Source: a virus (lineage: Duplodnaviria > Caudoviricetes). From it: 51,556 nucleotides of DNA. Shown here one piece after another: positions 17,866-26,963 of the stretch. The notes under the pieces are model-generated. The model did no database searches. It saw nothing but the letters and a program-made list of their open reading frames with translations, and was not told the DNA's origin. The stretch's first letter is position 1, and every line of letters begins with the position of its first letter. The position numbers were made by a program, and so were the translations under genes. The stretch spans positions 1-51,556 of the IMG/VR virus record IMGVR_UViG_3300048778_000586. One strand, given 5' to 3'.

Positions 17866-18693
17866 CTAATACTTCACCAGCCAGCTTGTCGCCGTGTCCC
17901 GACACACCCTCGGCTCCCTGATTTTCCCACCCGCCGTCAACCCGAACCCCTCCACCTTGATGATCGAACCCACCCGCACACGGTCGCATTTCCCACCGAG
18001 CAACGGCACCGACCCGCAATCACTGACGTGAATGTCAGGCCCTATTTTCCCACTCGGCGCGTAATCATGCAAAATCCCAATTTTTACCGATTGCGTCCCG
18101 CCGTTGAATCCCGTCACCACGCAATAAAACGTCTGCAACCGCTTGCAGGCCCACATTGGCGCGCCCCACGGCGCATCCCACGCCTTTGCCACCACCCCTT
18201 CGCCGCCGTCCGCCAGAACCGCCTCCAGGAATTCACCGCCATTTCCCATTTCCGCCAATATAATGGTAGGGCGCGATGTCCCTATCGCGCCGTCAGTCCC
18301 TCCAAAACACGCGCTCAACGCGCACAGTTGCGCCCAGCGCTCGCGCAACGGCCTCTCCCGCATGTCCACGCCACCCAGCGCCAATAAGTCAAAGGCGGCA
18401 TCGAAGCACGATTTCCCACCAGGTAGGGACGCATCGCCGATGCGGCCGAGCATTTTCAAGTCCCTTGGCGTAAAACTTCCCCCCGATTTCCAGCGCATCC
18501 GCTCAACCGCCAGCACCGCTGAAATTCCCACCACCGGCGCGAACTCACGCACCGCAAACTCGCCATCATACTTGCGCGTGAATTGGAAATTCCCACCACC
18601 GCGCCAGGCCAATCCCTCCGCCAGCGACACCATGATCTTCGGAGGCTTCTGGATTCTGACTTCTGGATTCTGACTTCTGGATTCAGTTTTCAT
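17866..18693 (-). CDS. minimal ATP-dependent DNA ligase
   Basis: Nucleotidyltransferase motifs I (RKYDGE), IIIa (AFDLL), IV (EGVVAK), V (WACKR) and an OB-fold ending GKIREPR; carries in-frame repeat inserts. Confidence 0.75.
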   Translation of the reverse strand: MKTESRSQNPEVRIQKPPKIMVSLAEGLAWRGGGNFQFTRKYDGEFAVREFAPVVGISAVLAVERMRWKSGGSFTPRDLKMLGRIGDASLPGGKSCFDAAFDLLALGGVDMRERPLRERWAQLCALSACFGGTDGAIGTSRPTIILAEMGNGGEFLEAVLADGGEGVVAKAWDAPWGAPMWACKRLQTFYCVVTGFNGGTQSVKIGILHDYAPSGKIGPDIHVSDCGSVPLLGGKCDRVRVGSIIKVEGFGLTAGGKIREPRVCRDTATSWLVKY

Positions 18694-18806
18694 AATTTTC
18701 CCACCACCATTTAACCATTTAACCATTTAACAATTCACGAACCCATTTTCCCACCGTCAATATATTAGGCGACTATCCCCTGACGGCAAGTAGCCGCCAA
18801 ACAATC

Positions 18807-18896
18807 CTAACCCATCCGCGCCCGAAAGATGAAGTCCAGACAGGCCGCGTCGTCAGGGAATTGAGCGTCAAAATCCTTGAAATTATACGCGCTCAT
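18807..18896 (-). pseudogene. N-terminal remnant of an IS1595-family transposase
   Basis: MSAYNFKDFDAQFPDDAACLDFIFRAR matches the F...FPDD.AC..L...R start of IS1595 transposases, then stops; GGCGACTAT at 18768 resembles a terminal repeat. Confidence 0.5.
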
Positions 18897-19098
18897 TTTG
18901 ACCTTTCGGCGGGTAGCTTGATGATTTGTCACACTCTTGCTGCATCCACTCCGCGAGCGTCTGATTGTGGAGTCGCGCCGTGCGGACATACCAGCCTTTG
19001 CGAGCCAGCGTTACCCGCAAGTGAATGTGGCCAGTGGCCGCCACGCCGTCTGTCAGGGGGCGGCCAACTGGATTGGTCGTTTTGGGCAAGTCGCTCAT
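18883..19098 (-). CDS. small ribbon-helix-helix-like DNA-binding protein
   Basis: GRP...HIHLRVT...K...A......LAEW pattern. Confidence 0.55.
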   Translation of the reverse strand: MSDLPKTTNPVGRPLTDGVAATGHIHLRVTLARKGWYVRTARLHNQTLAEWMQQECDKSSSYPPKGQNERV

Positions 19099-19099
19099 G

Positions 19100-19297
19100 T
19101 TATTCGATTTCCTTGTATGATTTCACGTCGGACATCTTCATGCCCAATTTCCCCACGGCCTGCTCGATTGTTTTGCCCTCGGAAAAGTCCGTGAAATTTT
19201 GGTTGAACTCAATCCAAAATGTCATGGTGTCTCGGTCTTGGTTGAGTGCGCGGCAACAGGCCGTTCCTACCCGGTGGATTTGGTTTTCGATTGACAT
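19100..19297 (-). CDS. hypothetical protein (65 aa)
   Basis: MSIENQIHRVG... packed tightly between neighbouring minus-strand genes. Confidence 0.5.
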   Translation of the reverse strand: MSIENQIHRVGTACCRALNQDRDTMTFWIEFNQNFTDFSEGKTIEQAVGKLGMKMSDVKSYKEIE

Positions 19298-19301
19298 AAA
19301 T

Positions 19302-19997
19302 TTACTCCATTTCGGCGAGCAATTGAGAGGCCAAGCACATCGTGGACGGGTCGTCACCGTGATCGGTCTCAAGGCTCCGAGCGTTTCGGAGCGCCTCAAC
19401 ACATGCCGCGAGGTCTCCATCCGCTGCCGCCATGGAAGCCTCCTCAAGCACCTCGTCAATCTCGTCCATGTCGCGGCGGATACGCCTAGCCAAGGCCACC
19501 AGCCCCTCGCATTCATCCCACGACAGCTTGCCCTCGCCGTGCAGCATCAGGATGGCGTAATCATCGGTTTTTTCCGCGCAATGATTGATTTCCCTAACCT
19601 GCTCAAGGATGGACTCGATTTCGTCGGCCAAGGCGTCGCTCATGTCTTGCAGCCCCTCTTTTGAATCATCCTCGCTGCGCAGATAATCTATCCACGCCTG
19701 TATGTCCTCCTCGTCGCCTCGCGCCAGCGCGTCTGCGAGATCGTTAGGCTTGTCGTCGCAGCCGCCGAAATCGCCTTCGGACGGTCTATCCAGCGCGGCA
19801 AGCTGCTCTGTGCGCCATGTGCCAGAGTCGTTGCCGGCGTCCATCCAATCATAGTCCACGGCCTGCACGCAGATGTCGCCGTGCTCCTCGGTGCTGATGT
19901 GCGCGCCATAGCAGCTATACATTTCCGCCCCATCATCATGCGACACGTTGGGATTTTCGTGGAGTTTGAGCGTTTTGGAATCAAGGTCAATTTTCAT
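19302..19997 (-). CDS. highly acidic early protein (231 aa)
   Basis: ATG at 19997 directly follows the repeated leader; about 60 Asp+Glu by hand count. Confidence 0.7.
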   Translation of the reverse strand: MKIDLDSKTLKLHENPNVSHDDGAEMYSCYGAHISTEEHGDICVQAVDYDWMDAGNDSGTWRTEQLAALDRPSEGDFGGCDDKPNDLADALARGDEEDIQAWIDYLRSEDDSKEGLQDMSDALADEIESILEQVREINHCAEKTDDYAILMLHGEGKLSWDECEGLVALARRIRRDMDEIDEVLEEASMAAADGDLAACVEALRNARSLETDHGDDPSTMCLASQLLAEME

Positions 19998-20153
19998 AAT
20001 TTTGCCTGTGTTATTTTCACTTCCCGGTTTCGCCGGGGCGATTGTCACTCTCTTGTGACTATGGACACGATACCCGATGGACTTGATTTTGTCAATCCTA
20101 ACACAGTATATTTATTTAACAAAAAGCATCAGCAAAATTGAACCATGGCACGC
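19995..20153 (-). promoter_or_regulatory. early promoter-leader module, copy 1
   Basis: AT-rich upstream element, TTGACA (20090-20095), 17 bp, TATCGT (20067-20072), CCCGG-CGAAA-CCGGG hairpin, then ATG. Confidence 0.8.
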
Positions 20154-20188
20154 TCTATGCTTTGGGCAATGGACACCCCATTTCTTAT

Positions 20189-20449
20189 TTAGTCTTGCGG
20201 ATATGGGTCGAGTCCCGCTTCAATTGCTTCGGCTTCGGCGTTGGCTGCGGCGAGCGAAAGGGTGCCGGTCTGCTGGTAGTGACTGACGCCATCCGCAGCA
20301 TAGCCGGCACAATACCATCCGCCACCGTGCCAATATACGCCGACTTTTGCGCCTCGGAACGGTTTCTCATTTTTCGCGGTCGCCGGGGTTTGCGGTTTAA
20401 TTCCAAGCGGTGTCATTCCCGCCATTGCTTCAATTTGTGGTGTTTTCAT
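20189..20449 (-). CDS. hypothetical early protein
   Basis: 86-aa ORF co-oriented between promoter modules. Confidence 0.5.
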   Translation of the reverse strand: MKTPQIEAMAGMTPLGIKPQTPATAKNEKPFRGAKVGVYWHGGGWYCAGYAADGVSHYQQTGTLSLAAANAEAEAIEAGLDPYPQD

Positions 20450-20476
20450 ATTTTTTGGTTGTTGAATTTTGCGGGG

Positions 20477-20803
20477 TCAGTAATCGTGCTGGCATTGGGC
20501 ACAATCACTGGAGCGCGGATGCCCCTCAATGCTACCGCAGGAGCAGCCAGTCCATCCAGTGCGGCGCATCCGCTCATTGGTGCGCTGGCCAATAGTCGCA
20601 TAGCTGCCATATCGGCTCGCGCCGCCGGAGTATGCTTGTTTCGGGCCTGCTCCCGCTACGATTTTGCGGGCTTCATCGGCTTTTTCGGGGGCAACCATCC
20701 ATGCTTTTTCGTCGCCATTCCAGCGCGCTCCAATGGCTTTGAGCTGCTCTTTTACGGGGTAGGTATTTCCGGTGATTGCTACCAGATTTTCTGTCGTTGT
20801 CAT
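20477..20803 (-). CDS. early protein with a DUF5710-like N-terminus and Cys-rich tail
   Basis: GNTYPVKEQLKAIGARWNGDEKAW; CSC...CAQC; ATG follows the repeated leader. Confidence 0.7.
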   Translation of the reverse strand: MTTTENLVAITGNTYPVKEQLKAIGARWNGDEKAWMVAPEKADEARKIVAGAGPKQAYSGGASRYGSYATIGQRTNERMRRTGWTGCSCGSIEGHPRSSDCAQCQHDY

Positions 20804-21066
20804 AATTTTGCCTGTGTTATTTTCACTTCCCGGTTTCGCCGGGGCGATGTCAACGTCTCATTGACTATGGACACGATACCCGATGGATGGATTTTGTCAA
20901 TCCTAACACAGTATATTTATTTAACAAAAAGCATCAGCAAAATTGAACCATGGCACGCGCAATGCTTCAATCCTAACCCATCCACGCCCTTTGTCAATCC
21001 TAACACAGTATATTTATTTAACAAAAAGCATCAGCAAAATTGAACCATGGCACGCGCAATGCTTCA
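20801..21066 (-). promoter_or_regulatory. early promoter-leader module, copy 2, plus a third upstream promoter copy
   Basis: TTGACA (20895-20900), 16 bp, TATCGT (20873-20878) with the same leader; the upstream block repeats again at about 20992-21066 (TTGACA-16-TAGGAT). Confidence 0.8.
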
Positions 21067-21366
21067 ATAAGGATTCTTTTTGCCAAAATCGTCCCGAAGG
21101 TAGTTACCGAACACCTACAATCAGGCGTGAATGCAGTGCGAAAAGCGTGTTACACAATTTTTAGGGTGATGAAAAACCAATAAAATCAACGGTTTAATGA
21201 TTGCTTTTCACTAAATTTGGATACGAACAGAAAAATAAGTGTGGTTTTGTTCAATGTTTACAATGGGTTTGTGATGGTTCGGTGAAATTAAAAGCGTGAA
21301 ACATGGTGATGATTTTGAGCAAAATTCGATTTGAAAAAAAGCAGTGCGATTTATTGAAAAAGGTTG

Positions 21367-21394
21367 TTGACTGGAAAATAAGTTTGTGTAGAAT
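21367..21394 (+). promoter_or_regulatory. sigma70-type promoter
   Basis: TTGACT-16 bp-TAGAAT in an AT-rich gap, upstream of the replication genes. Confidence 0.55.
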
Positions 21395-21397
21395 GGC

Positions 21398-21555
21398 TGC
21401 GCCGATTGGAAACCGGCACAAGTAGCGATGAACCAAAATCATCCAATCAACCGAAATCTCAGTGCGTCTGCGGCTGCTCCGATGGGTTCACTTCACGTCC
21501 GTAAGGATGGCGTCGCTACGCCCGTTTCCACGGCCGCCGGCGCACTGAGATTTTG
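21398..21555 (+). ncRNA. putative C4-like antisense / structured leader RNA
   Basis: 13-bp perfect stem 21454-21466/21541-21553; internal CGCTAC (21514) and GTTTCCA (21524) are complementary to upstream GTAGCG (21422) and TGGAAAC (21407). Confidence 0.45.
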
Positions 21556-21584
21556 GAACGGCTTATCGTGAATAAAAATTGAAT

Positions 21585-21863
21585 ATGGGATGGATATCAC
21601 AAAGAGCAAGAGTGAGGGGAACATCTCTCTATGACGAAGGCCCAAAGCGCAAAGGGCCGCTCCGTAAAATCGTTGAGCGCGTTTTTGTCGGCACAACTGA
21701 TTTTTTCGGGAATGATGTGGGATGGCTTGAATGCGGACACTTTTGCGAACGGATGTATGGAAACCAAAGAGCAATCTGCACGAAATGTAAGTTAGGTGCT
21801 CCAAAAGATGCGCGCGGCAAGGATGGATGGCCGAAATCCACCAAACGGCGCGTGAAGAAATAG
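21585..21863 (+). CDS. hypothetical protein with Cys/His motif
   Basis: LECGH...CTKC. Confidence 0.55.
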   Translation: MGWISQRARVRGTSLYDEGPKRKGPLRKIVERVFVGTTDFFGNDVGWLECGHFCERMYGNQRAICTKCKLGAPKDARGKDGWPKSTKRRVKK

Positions 21864-21875
21864 GTTCTCAAATTT

Positions 21876-22418
21876 ATGGCGACATTCAAATTGTGCGACG
21901 GATCGGTGCAGAAGATGGCCAATTCCATCCTCTGCGAGTTTGAACCTCACAAGCCCCTGCTCCAACACCGGGTCAAAATCGAATTCATTTTCGCCTACGC
22001 CTCGGTCAACGAGAAGAGTGCCAAGATCAGCAACGCCATCACCCGTAACGGTGTCCGGTGCCTGGGCATCTCCAGGATCATTCCGACGAAGGACCGGATC
22101 GCCGGGCGCGGCGATGCCGAGGTGACGTTGGACGGCGATTGGTGGAAAGACGCCAATAACCAAAAGCGTCGCGCGTTGCTGGACCATGAACTTCATCATG
22201 TGGCCATACAGCTCAAGGGCGGATTGCCCGTGACCGATGACGCGGGCCGTCCCAAGCTGACCATGCGGAGACATGATTACGATTTCGGCTGGTTCACGAT
22301 CATCGCCCAGCGTCATGGGAATTTCAGCATCGAGGTGGAACAGGCCAATAGAATTCTCATGGAACAGGGTGAATTTTATTTTCCGAAATTAAACCGGAAG
22401 CAATCCAACAAAGGTTGA
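21876..22418 (+). CDS. phage putative metallopeptidase
   Basis: RRALLDHELHH (HExxH) and HD..F...I..RHG motifs. Confidence 0.75.
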   Translation: MATFKLCDGSVQKMANSILCEFEPHKPLLQHRVKIEFIFAYASVNEKSAKISNAITRNGVRCLGISRIIPTKDRIAGRGDAEVTLDGDWWKDANNQKRRALLDHELHHVAIQLKGGLPVTDDAGRPKLTMRRHDYDFGWFTIIAQRHGNFSIEVEQANRILMEQGEFYFPKLNRKQSNKG

Positions 22419-22435
22419 ACCGTTAAGACGATAGG

Positions 22436-22678
22436 ATGAATGAGAATGTTCCATCGCTGGAGAGTAGCAATACCATCTCTTCAGGAGTTGCGGCCGGATG
22501 TGAGGCAGAACCCGTTCAAGTTCATCCAGCGATGGTCACATGCCTTGATTGTGGCGTTGAACATCAGGCGGACAAGGAATGTTGGATTTGTGGGCCGGTG
22601 TCCCGAGCGTTTGTCAACTTCCGTAAAAATAAACGCGAATATGCCATGACAATGTCGGCAAGCCGCGAAGAAGGATAA
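22436..22678 (+). CDS. small zinc-ribbon hypothetical protein
   Basis: CLDC...CWIC; abuts the next gene. Confidence 0.45.
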   Translation: MNENVPSLESSNTISSGVAAGCEAEPVQVHPAMVTCLDCGVEHQADKECWICGPVSRAFVNFRKNKREYAMTMSASREEG

Positions 22679-23275
22679 ATGCCAAACCCATTTTTAATGC
22701 GGGATTGGACGGACAGCATACCGGTCAACGATCTGGATGCCCTGGCCGAGCGATTTTTTTGCAGGTTGATGATGAAGGCTGATGATTACGGAAGATTCCA
22801 TGCGGAACCGCGTTTGCTGAAGTCCGCCCTCTTCCCTCTGTTGGCTCAAATACGCGACACCGACATACCCCGCTGGATCGCTGCGTGCGAGAAGGCCGGA
22901 TTGGTTCGTTGTTACGTTGCGGCCAATGGCCGGAAATTCATTGAGGTGCTGAGGTTCGGGCAGCGGCGAAAGTGGATGAAGTCCGAGCATCCACCTCCTG
23001 AAGAACAACAAATTCTCCTGCTCCAAAAATCTGATGAAAATAAATATAGAAGTAGAAGAGGGGTAGAAGAGAAGGCGAAGCAGGACGCTTCGCCCCCCCT
23101 TTCCATAATGATAAGAGCAGAAAAGGCATTAGACCGCGTGGAGTCCAGGATGAAACAAATCCGGGTGTTGAAACCTGCCAATGGATGGGAGGCTGGCAGC
23201 GGTTTGCTTGCTGAATTGAAACTGCTCAAGGCGGAGCGAATAAAACTTTTGGATAAACTGGGGTTTCCAGCGTGA
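22679..23275 (+). CDS. phage replication initiator-like protein (N-terminal domain)
   Basis: L..LAERFFCRLMMKADDYGRF.AEP.LLKS.LFPL motif of phage replication proteins. Confidence 0.65.
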   Translation: MPNPFLMRDWTDSIPVNDLDALAERFFCRLMMKADDYGRFHAEPRLLKSALFPLLAQIRDTDIPRWIAACEKAGLVRCYVAANGRKFIEVLRFGQRRKWMKSEHPPPEEQQILLLQKSDENKYRSRRGVEEKAKQDASPPLSIMIRAEKALDRVESRMKQIRVLKPANGWEAGSGLLAELKLLKAERIKLLDKLGFPA

Positions 23276-23281
23276 AAACGG

Positions 23282-23470
23282 ATGAATAAACCACATGTAT
23301 TTGGTAGAATATCGTCCGGGGCCACGCCATTTGAGCGCGTGGCGGCTGGCGCCGGCAGTGCTGCGGACTGGGAACTTGTCGAGCAACAAAATCGGCAGCA
23401 TCAGCAATGGCTCAAATCAAAGGCTGGCAAGAGATGGTTAAAATCTCAACGGCGGGAATTAAAGGCGTGA
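23282..23470 (+). CDS. small hypothetical protein
   Basis: 62-aa ORF in operon context. Confidence 0.45.
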   Translation: MNKPHVFGRISSGATPFERVAAGAGSAADWELVEQQNRQHQQWLKSKAGKRWLKSQRRELKA

Positions 23471-23538
23471 ACAACAGCCACCTTTGACTGAGGGGAGTTT
23501 TTGCCCATGCTTCGTTCTGAACTACGCAGGGTAAATTT

Positions 23539-24363
23539 ATGATTTCAGGGCTTTCAGTGACGATTGATGCGAGCGGACTTAATGCCGCCATCGCCGCGGC
23601 CCAGGTCTATTCCAAACGCACGCCGGCTGTCGCCGTCAACACCGCCGCCTACGTTGTTGCCAAGTTCGCATGGTCGAAAATGCCGGTGACGAACATCGGA
23701 CGGATTGATTCAGAGTTGGGAGTGATCGTTACGCCAATTGTTCCGACTATGGGAGTGCGCAAGGGGTCAACAAATATCACCATGTCATGGGGAATTCGCG
23801 GCGAGAGTTCACCAAGATCACTGGCCATGATGATTGCGATTGCACGGATGCACCCTGGTTCAAAATATAGCCAGCTTACGGGAAATTACTGGCCTGTGGA
23901 GAAACCAGCTACAAAAGGCGTGATTGCTTTTTTGAATTTCATGGAGCAGGTAGCCGAACGTATGGTGAAGGCGAGGCATAGTTCGACGCATTTCATACAA
24001 TCGTGCTGGATCCCGGCCATCCGCGACATGGAGCCGTTTGCGGACCGCAGCGCGGTGCGTGGGCGTGCGGCGGCGGCGGGACCGCGCGGCAGTGATAAAT
24101 TCGTTCCTGATTCTGGGTCGGGTGTGCCGGCGACCGAGGGCGCGATTTATGCCGTGGCCGAAATCACGAATGCGGCCGGCGTTAAGGGTCACAACGATGT
24201 GTTGGACCGGAAGCATAACGAGGCGTTGTGGCTTTATGGCGGTCCGGCGTTGCAGGAGGCCATGGATGATGAGGCCCGCAACGTGATGGAGTATGTGAAT
24301 GACCATGAGTTTGAAAGGGCGTTTGGGCCGTTGAGGGCGAAAGGGTTTGTGGTGAGTGTTTAA
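23539..24363 (+). CDS. putative neck/tail-completion protein
   Basis: 274-aa protein at the start of the tail module; preceded by the TGACT motif. Confidence 0.5.
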   Translation: MISGLSVTIDASGLNAAIAAAQVYSKRTPAVAVNTAAYVVAKFAWSKMPVTNIGRIDSELGVIVTPIVPTMGVRKGSTNITMSWGIRGESSPRSLAMMIAIARMHPGSKYSQLTGNYWPVEKPATKGVIAFLNFMEQVAERMVKARHSSTHFIQSCWIPAIRDMEPFADRSAVRGRAAAAGPRGSDKFVPDSGSGVPATEGAIYAVAEITNAAGVKGHNDVLDRKHNEALWLYGGPALQEAMDDEARNVMEYVNDHEFERAFGPLRAKGFVVSV

Positions 24364-24425
24364 CCACGAAGGCGCAACCTAAAGGTTTCGGTTACAAGGA
24401 AGATTTGACTGAAGGATGTTTCTGA

Positions 24426-25046
24426 ATGGCGAATGTCATACCGAATGTCGGCTCGCAGATTGATCGCGCACTACGCGCGTTGTTCATCAAAAATGGCGCG
24501 GCACCCCAATCTACCAAAGGAAATGGCGGCATTTTCCTGACACTGGACGGCGGGGACCGGTCTAATCCGCTGCGCACGGTTTTTGCGCATGACGGCCAGG
24601 AGAGCGTCAAGTTCACCGGCAGCGAGGAATTCACGGTCTTGATCACCGATCAGTTCGACGCGGTGAACCAGCCGAGCCAGACCAACCTTGGATTCAATCG
24701 CGTGGCCATTGACGCACAGGTCGGCGCCATGATGTGGCTTATGATGCAATCGTCCAATGGTGTTGATTTGGACCAGACGGTCAAGGACATCACCGATGCC
24801 GGGCGCGCGCTGGCGGTTTTGAAGTCGGCCGGAGGCTTGGCGCCGGATGCGCAGTTCGCCGCCAATAATGCCGACATGGCGGATTTCACCTGCCTGTTTG
24901 TGGAGCCGGCCGGCCAGAAACGCGGGCATCCGGTCAACGATGAGCATGGCGGTATCGAGCGGACGTTCTGGGTGGAAGCGAGGTCGTTCAGGATCACGGC
25001 GGCGCCGAGTGCGATTGTTGGTTACTCGAATGATCCGAACCAGTAG
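24426..25046 (+). CDS. putative tail terminator-like protein
   Basis: Synteny; preceded by the TGACT motif. Confidence 0.45.
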   Translation: MANVIPNVGSQIDRALRALFIKNGAAPQSTKGNGGIFLTLDGGDRSNPLRTVFAHDGQESVKFTGSEEFTVLITDQFDAVNQPSQTNLGFNRVAIDAQVGAMMWLMMQSSNGVDLDQTVKDITDAGRALAVLKSAGGLAPDAQFAANNADMADFTCLFVEPAGQKRGHPVNDEHGGIERTFWVEARSFRITAAPSAIVGYSNDPNQ

Positions 25047-25081
25047 CATCCGCAGATTACGCAGATTAACGCAGATTTTTT

Positions 25082-25405
25082 ATGGAACTTAAAACAGCAA
25101 GACAAATGAACGCGCAGCTTACTGGAGAATCTGAATCTTTTCCAAGAGTTCCGGCTGGACGATCATTGCCTAACATCAGAGGAATAAACGTGGTTTATGG
25201 GATTCGAGAGCCGAAGCTGATTGTGGGCGCACCTGAAGGCCGACAGCGATTACGGATGCGAAATAATTCTCCCGCGAAGTTGTTTGTGCGGACCGCCGAT
25301 GGAATACGGCAATTCGTTTTGCAGGATTTGGGTGACAGATGGTTTTGTTATTGTGAACAAGGACGCAACCTGAAGTTTGCGGTTACGGCTACAATGTCCA
25401 CCTGA
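25082..25405 (+). CDS. hypothetical protein
   Basis: 107-aa ORF flanked by family F and B repeats. Confidence 0.45.
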   Translation: MELKTARQMNAQLTGESESFPRVPAGRSLPNIRGINVVYGIREPKLIVGAPEGRQRLRMRNNSPAKLFVRTADGIRQFVLQDLGDRWFCYCEQGRNLKFAVTATMST

Positions 25406-25411
25406 GAATTT

Positions 25412-25744
25412 ATGAGTGAAATTGGTAAAAAGACAGAGACGGTAAAAACACAAAACGGACGCCCCGGCGGTGCGCCCTCGTCCGTTCGGACGGCTGGGCC
25501 AGCCGTCCCTACCTTACCTGCTTTGAATAAGAACTGGAACCTGCGGGATTTGCACCTGGCGCGCGCGGAGGCGATTGAGGCTGTCGCCGGGGCACAATCC
25601 ACGCCGGATGAGGCCAAAGCCATCCTCAAGGCCATGGTGAACGCGCTGGATGCCAGCGTGACGCTGGTGCGTCTGGATGCCCATGGGTTTATGTCTCAAA
25701 AGGGGGATTTGATCAGTTTGCATTTGACGGTGGGGAAGTTGTAA
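25412..25744 (+). CDS. hypothetical protein
   Basis: 110-aa ORF with an in-frame C-like hairpin insert. Confidence 0.55.
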   Translation: MSEIGKKTETVKTQNGRPGGAPSSVRTAGPAVPTLPALNKNWNLRDLHLARAEAIEAVAGAQSTPDEAKAILKAMVNALDASVTLVRLDAHGFMSQKGDLISLHLTVGKL

Positions 25745-25804
25745 AACAGAAGTCAGAAGCCAGAAGTCAGAATTTGAATGGTTGACTTGTGTGGATTTTT
25801 AGCT

Positions 25805-26368
25805 ATGGCTGACGATAAAAAACCTGTTTCCACTGATTCTGTCCCGGAAAAAGATAATCGCGCTCCGCATGTTGCGGCCTGGCATGATGCCAAGAATGAT
25901 GATGAACGCCGGGCGGCTGTGAAGAAGCACCCAAAGCTGGCCGATATTTATTCCGAGGCCGGAAAATTCCTGGCAGTTGTCATTTGCATTTTGGCCTTGG
26001 GTTTTGGATTTCAGGCGCAGGCGCAGGTCCAGTTGTTTGGGAATCTCTCGACCATCACCGGTACGGCCGCCTCTCCATTCACAACCAATAGCGCGGTTTG
26101 CGATACCAATACCGCCCGGGTTTCCATTGGGACCATTCAGCTTACCACCGGCGGATTGACGACAATTGGTTCGCTTGCAGGTTATGAGCAGATTTCACTG
26201 GATGGAACGAATTTTATCAATGTGGGTACTTATAATCCGACGAACACCTCCGCCGGGACCGTCACGATTCAACAAACGACCACCAACATTACCATCTATA
26301 TCCGGTTACAGGCGGTCGTGACCAATGCTGTCAATATCGGCGCTAATTATACTCCTTACAAACCTTAA
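25805..26368 (+). CDS. T/N-rich beta protein with an internal signal-like segment
   Basis: KFLAVVICILALGFGFQAQAQ after a ~55-aa charged N-terminus; QISLDGTNF motif. Confidence 0.6.
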   Translation: MADDKKPVSTDSVPEKDNRAPHVAAWHDAKNDDERRAAVKKHPKLADIYSEAGKFLAVVICILALGFGFQAQAQVQLFGNLSTITGTAASPFTTNSAVCDTNTARVSIGTIQLTTGGLTTIGSLAGYEQISLDGTNFINVGTYNPTNTSAGTVTIQQTTTNITIYIRLQAVVTNAVNIGANYTPYKP

Positions 26369-26373
26369 AAATT

Positions 26374-26796
26374 ATGGCTACTCAAACCAAACGCGGCGTG
26401 GCACAGGTAACGGGTTGCCCGATCAGCTTTGATGTCATTGTTTATCCCTATCCGCAAAGCGTCAAGGCGTCGCACGAATTCGAGCTGGAGAAAGTCGCCG
26501 ATGTCCAAGGCCAGGAGTGCGGTTGGTGGACACGGAATGAATCCATCAACGGCGACATCGCCATGAAGCTCGTGGGCGACACTTCGGCTCATGCGCAGGC
26601 TGCCGCGGCTTTTCTGGCGCCGCTCGCCGTGGTGACAATTAGTGCCTGCCAAGTTTCTTTATGGAACACGACTTGGGTGCTCGTCAACGGGAGCGACATT
26701 GATATTGCCAACACGAAGGTCGGGGACATGACGTTCAAGTTCAAACGGTTTGTGGATCCGACGCAGAACGCGCTGTTTGCGACGACGCCGGCTTGA
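26374..26796 (+). CDS. putative major tail tube protein
   Basis: 140-aa beta-rich protein two genes upstream of the tape measure. Confidence 0.5.
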   Translation: MATQTKRGVAQVTGCPISFDVIVYPYPQSVKASHEFELEKVADVQGQECGWWTRNESINGDIAMKLVGDTSAHAQAAAAFLAPLAVVTISACQVSLWNTTWVLVNGSDIDIANTKVGDMTFKFKRFVDPTQNALFATTPA

Positions 26797-26963
26797 TGGT
26801 TGAGGGTTAGGGTTTGACCCGTGCTTCGCTGACAGCTTCGCAGGGCAGGAAGTTGAAGGCTGTCCGCAGATTGGTGCAGATTTTTTAACCACGAAGATAC
26901 AAAGCGGCGCGATAGGGACATCGCGCCCTACCTTTTTTGTAGATTTGACTTACAACGGTTTTT

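Noticed and set aside
17497-18673. Plus-strand ORFs 17497, 17812 and 18143
   Set aside because: Antisense to the ligase and zinc-finger genes; they begin in repeats or lack motifs.
18861-19664. 267-aa plus-strand ORF
   Set aside because: Antisense to the tightly packed minus-strand operon; no motifs.
20138-21043. 301-aa plus-strand ORF
   Set aside because: Antisense shadow of minus-strand genes and promoter repeats.
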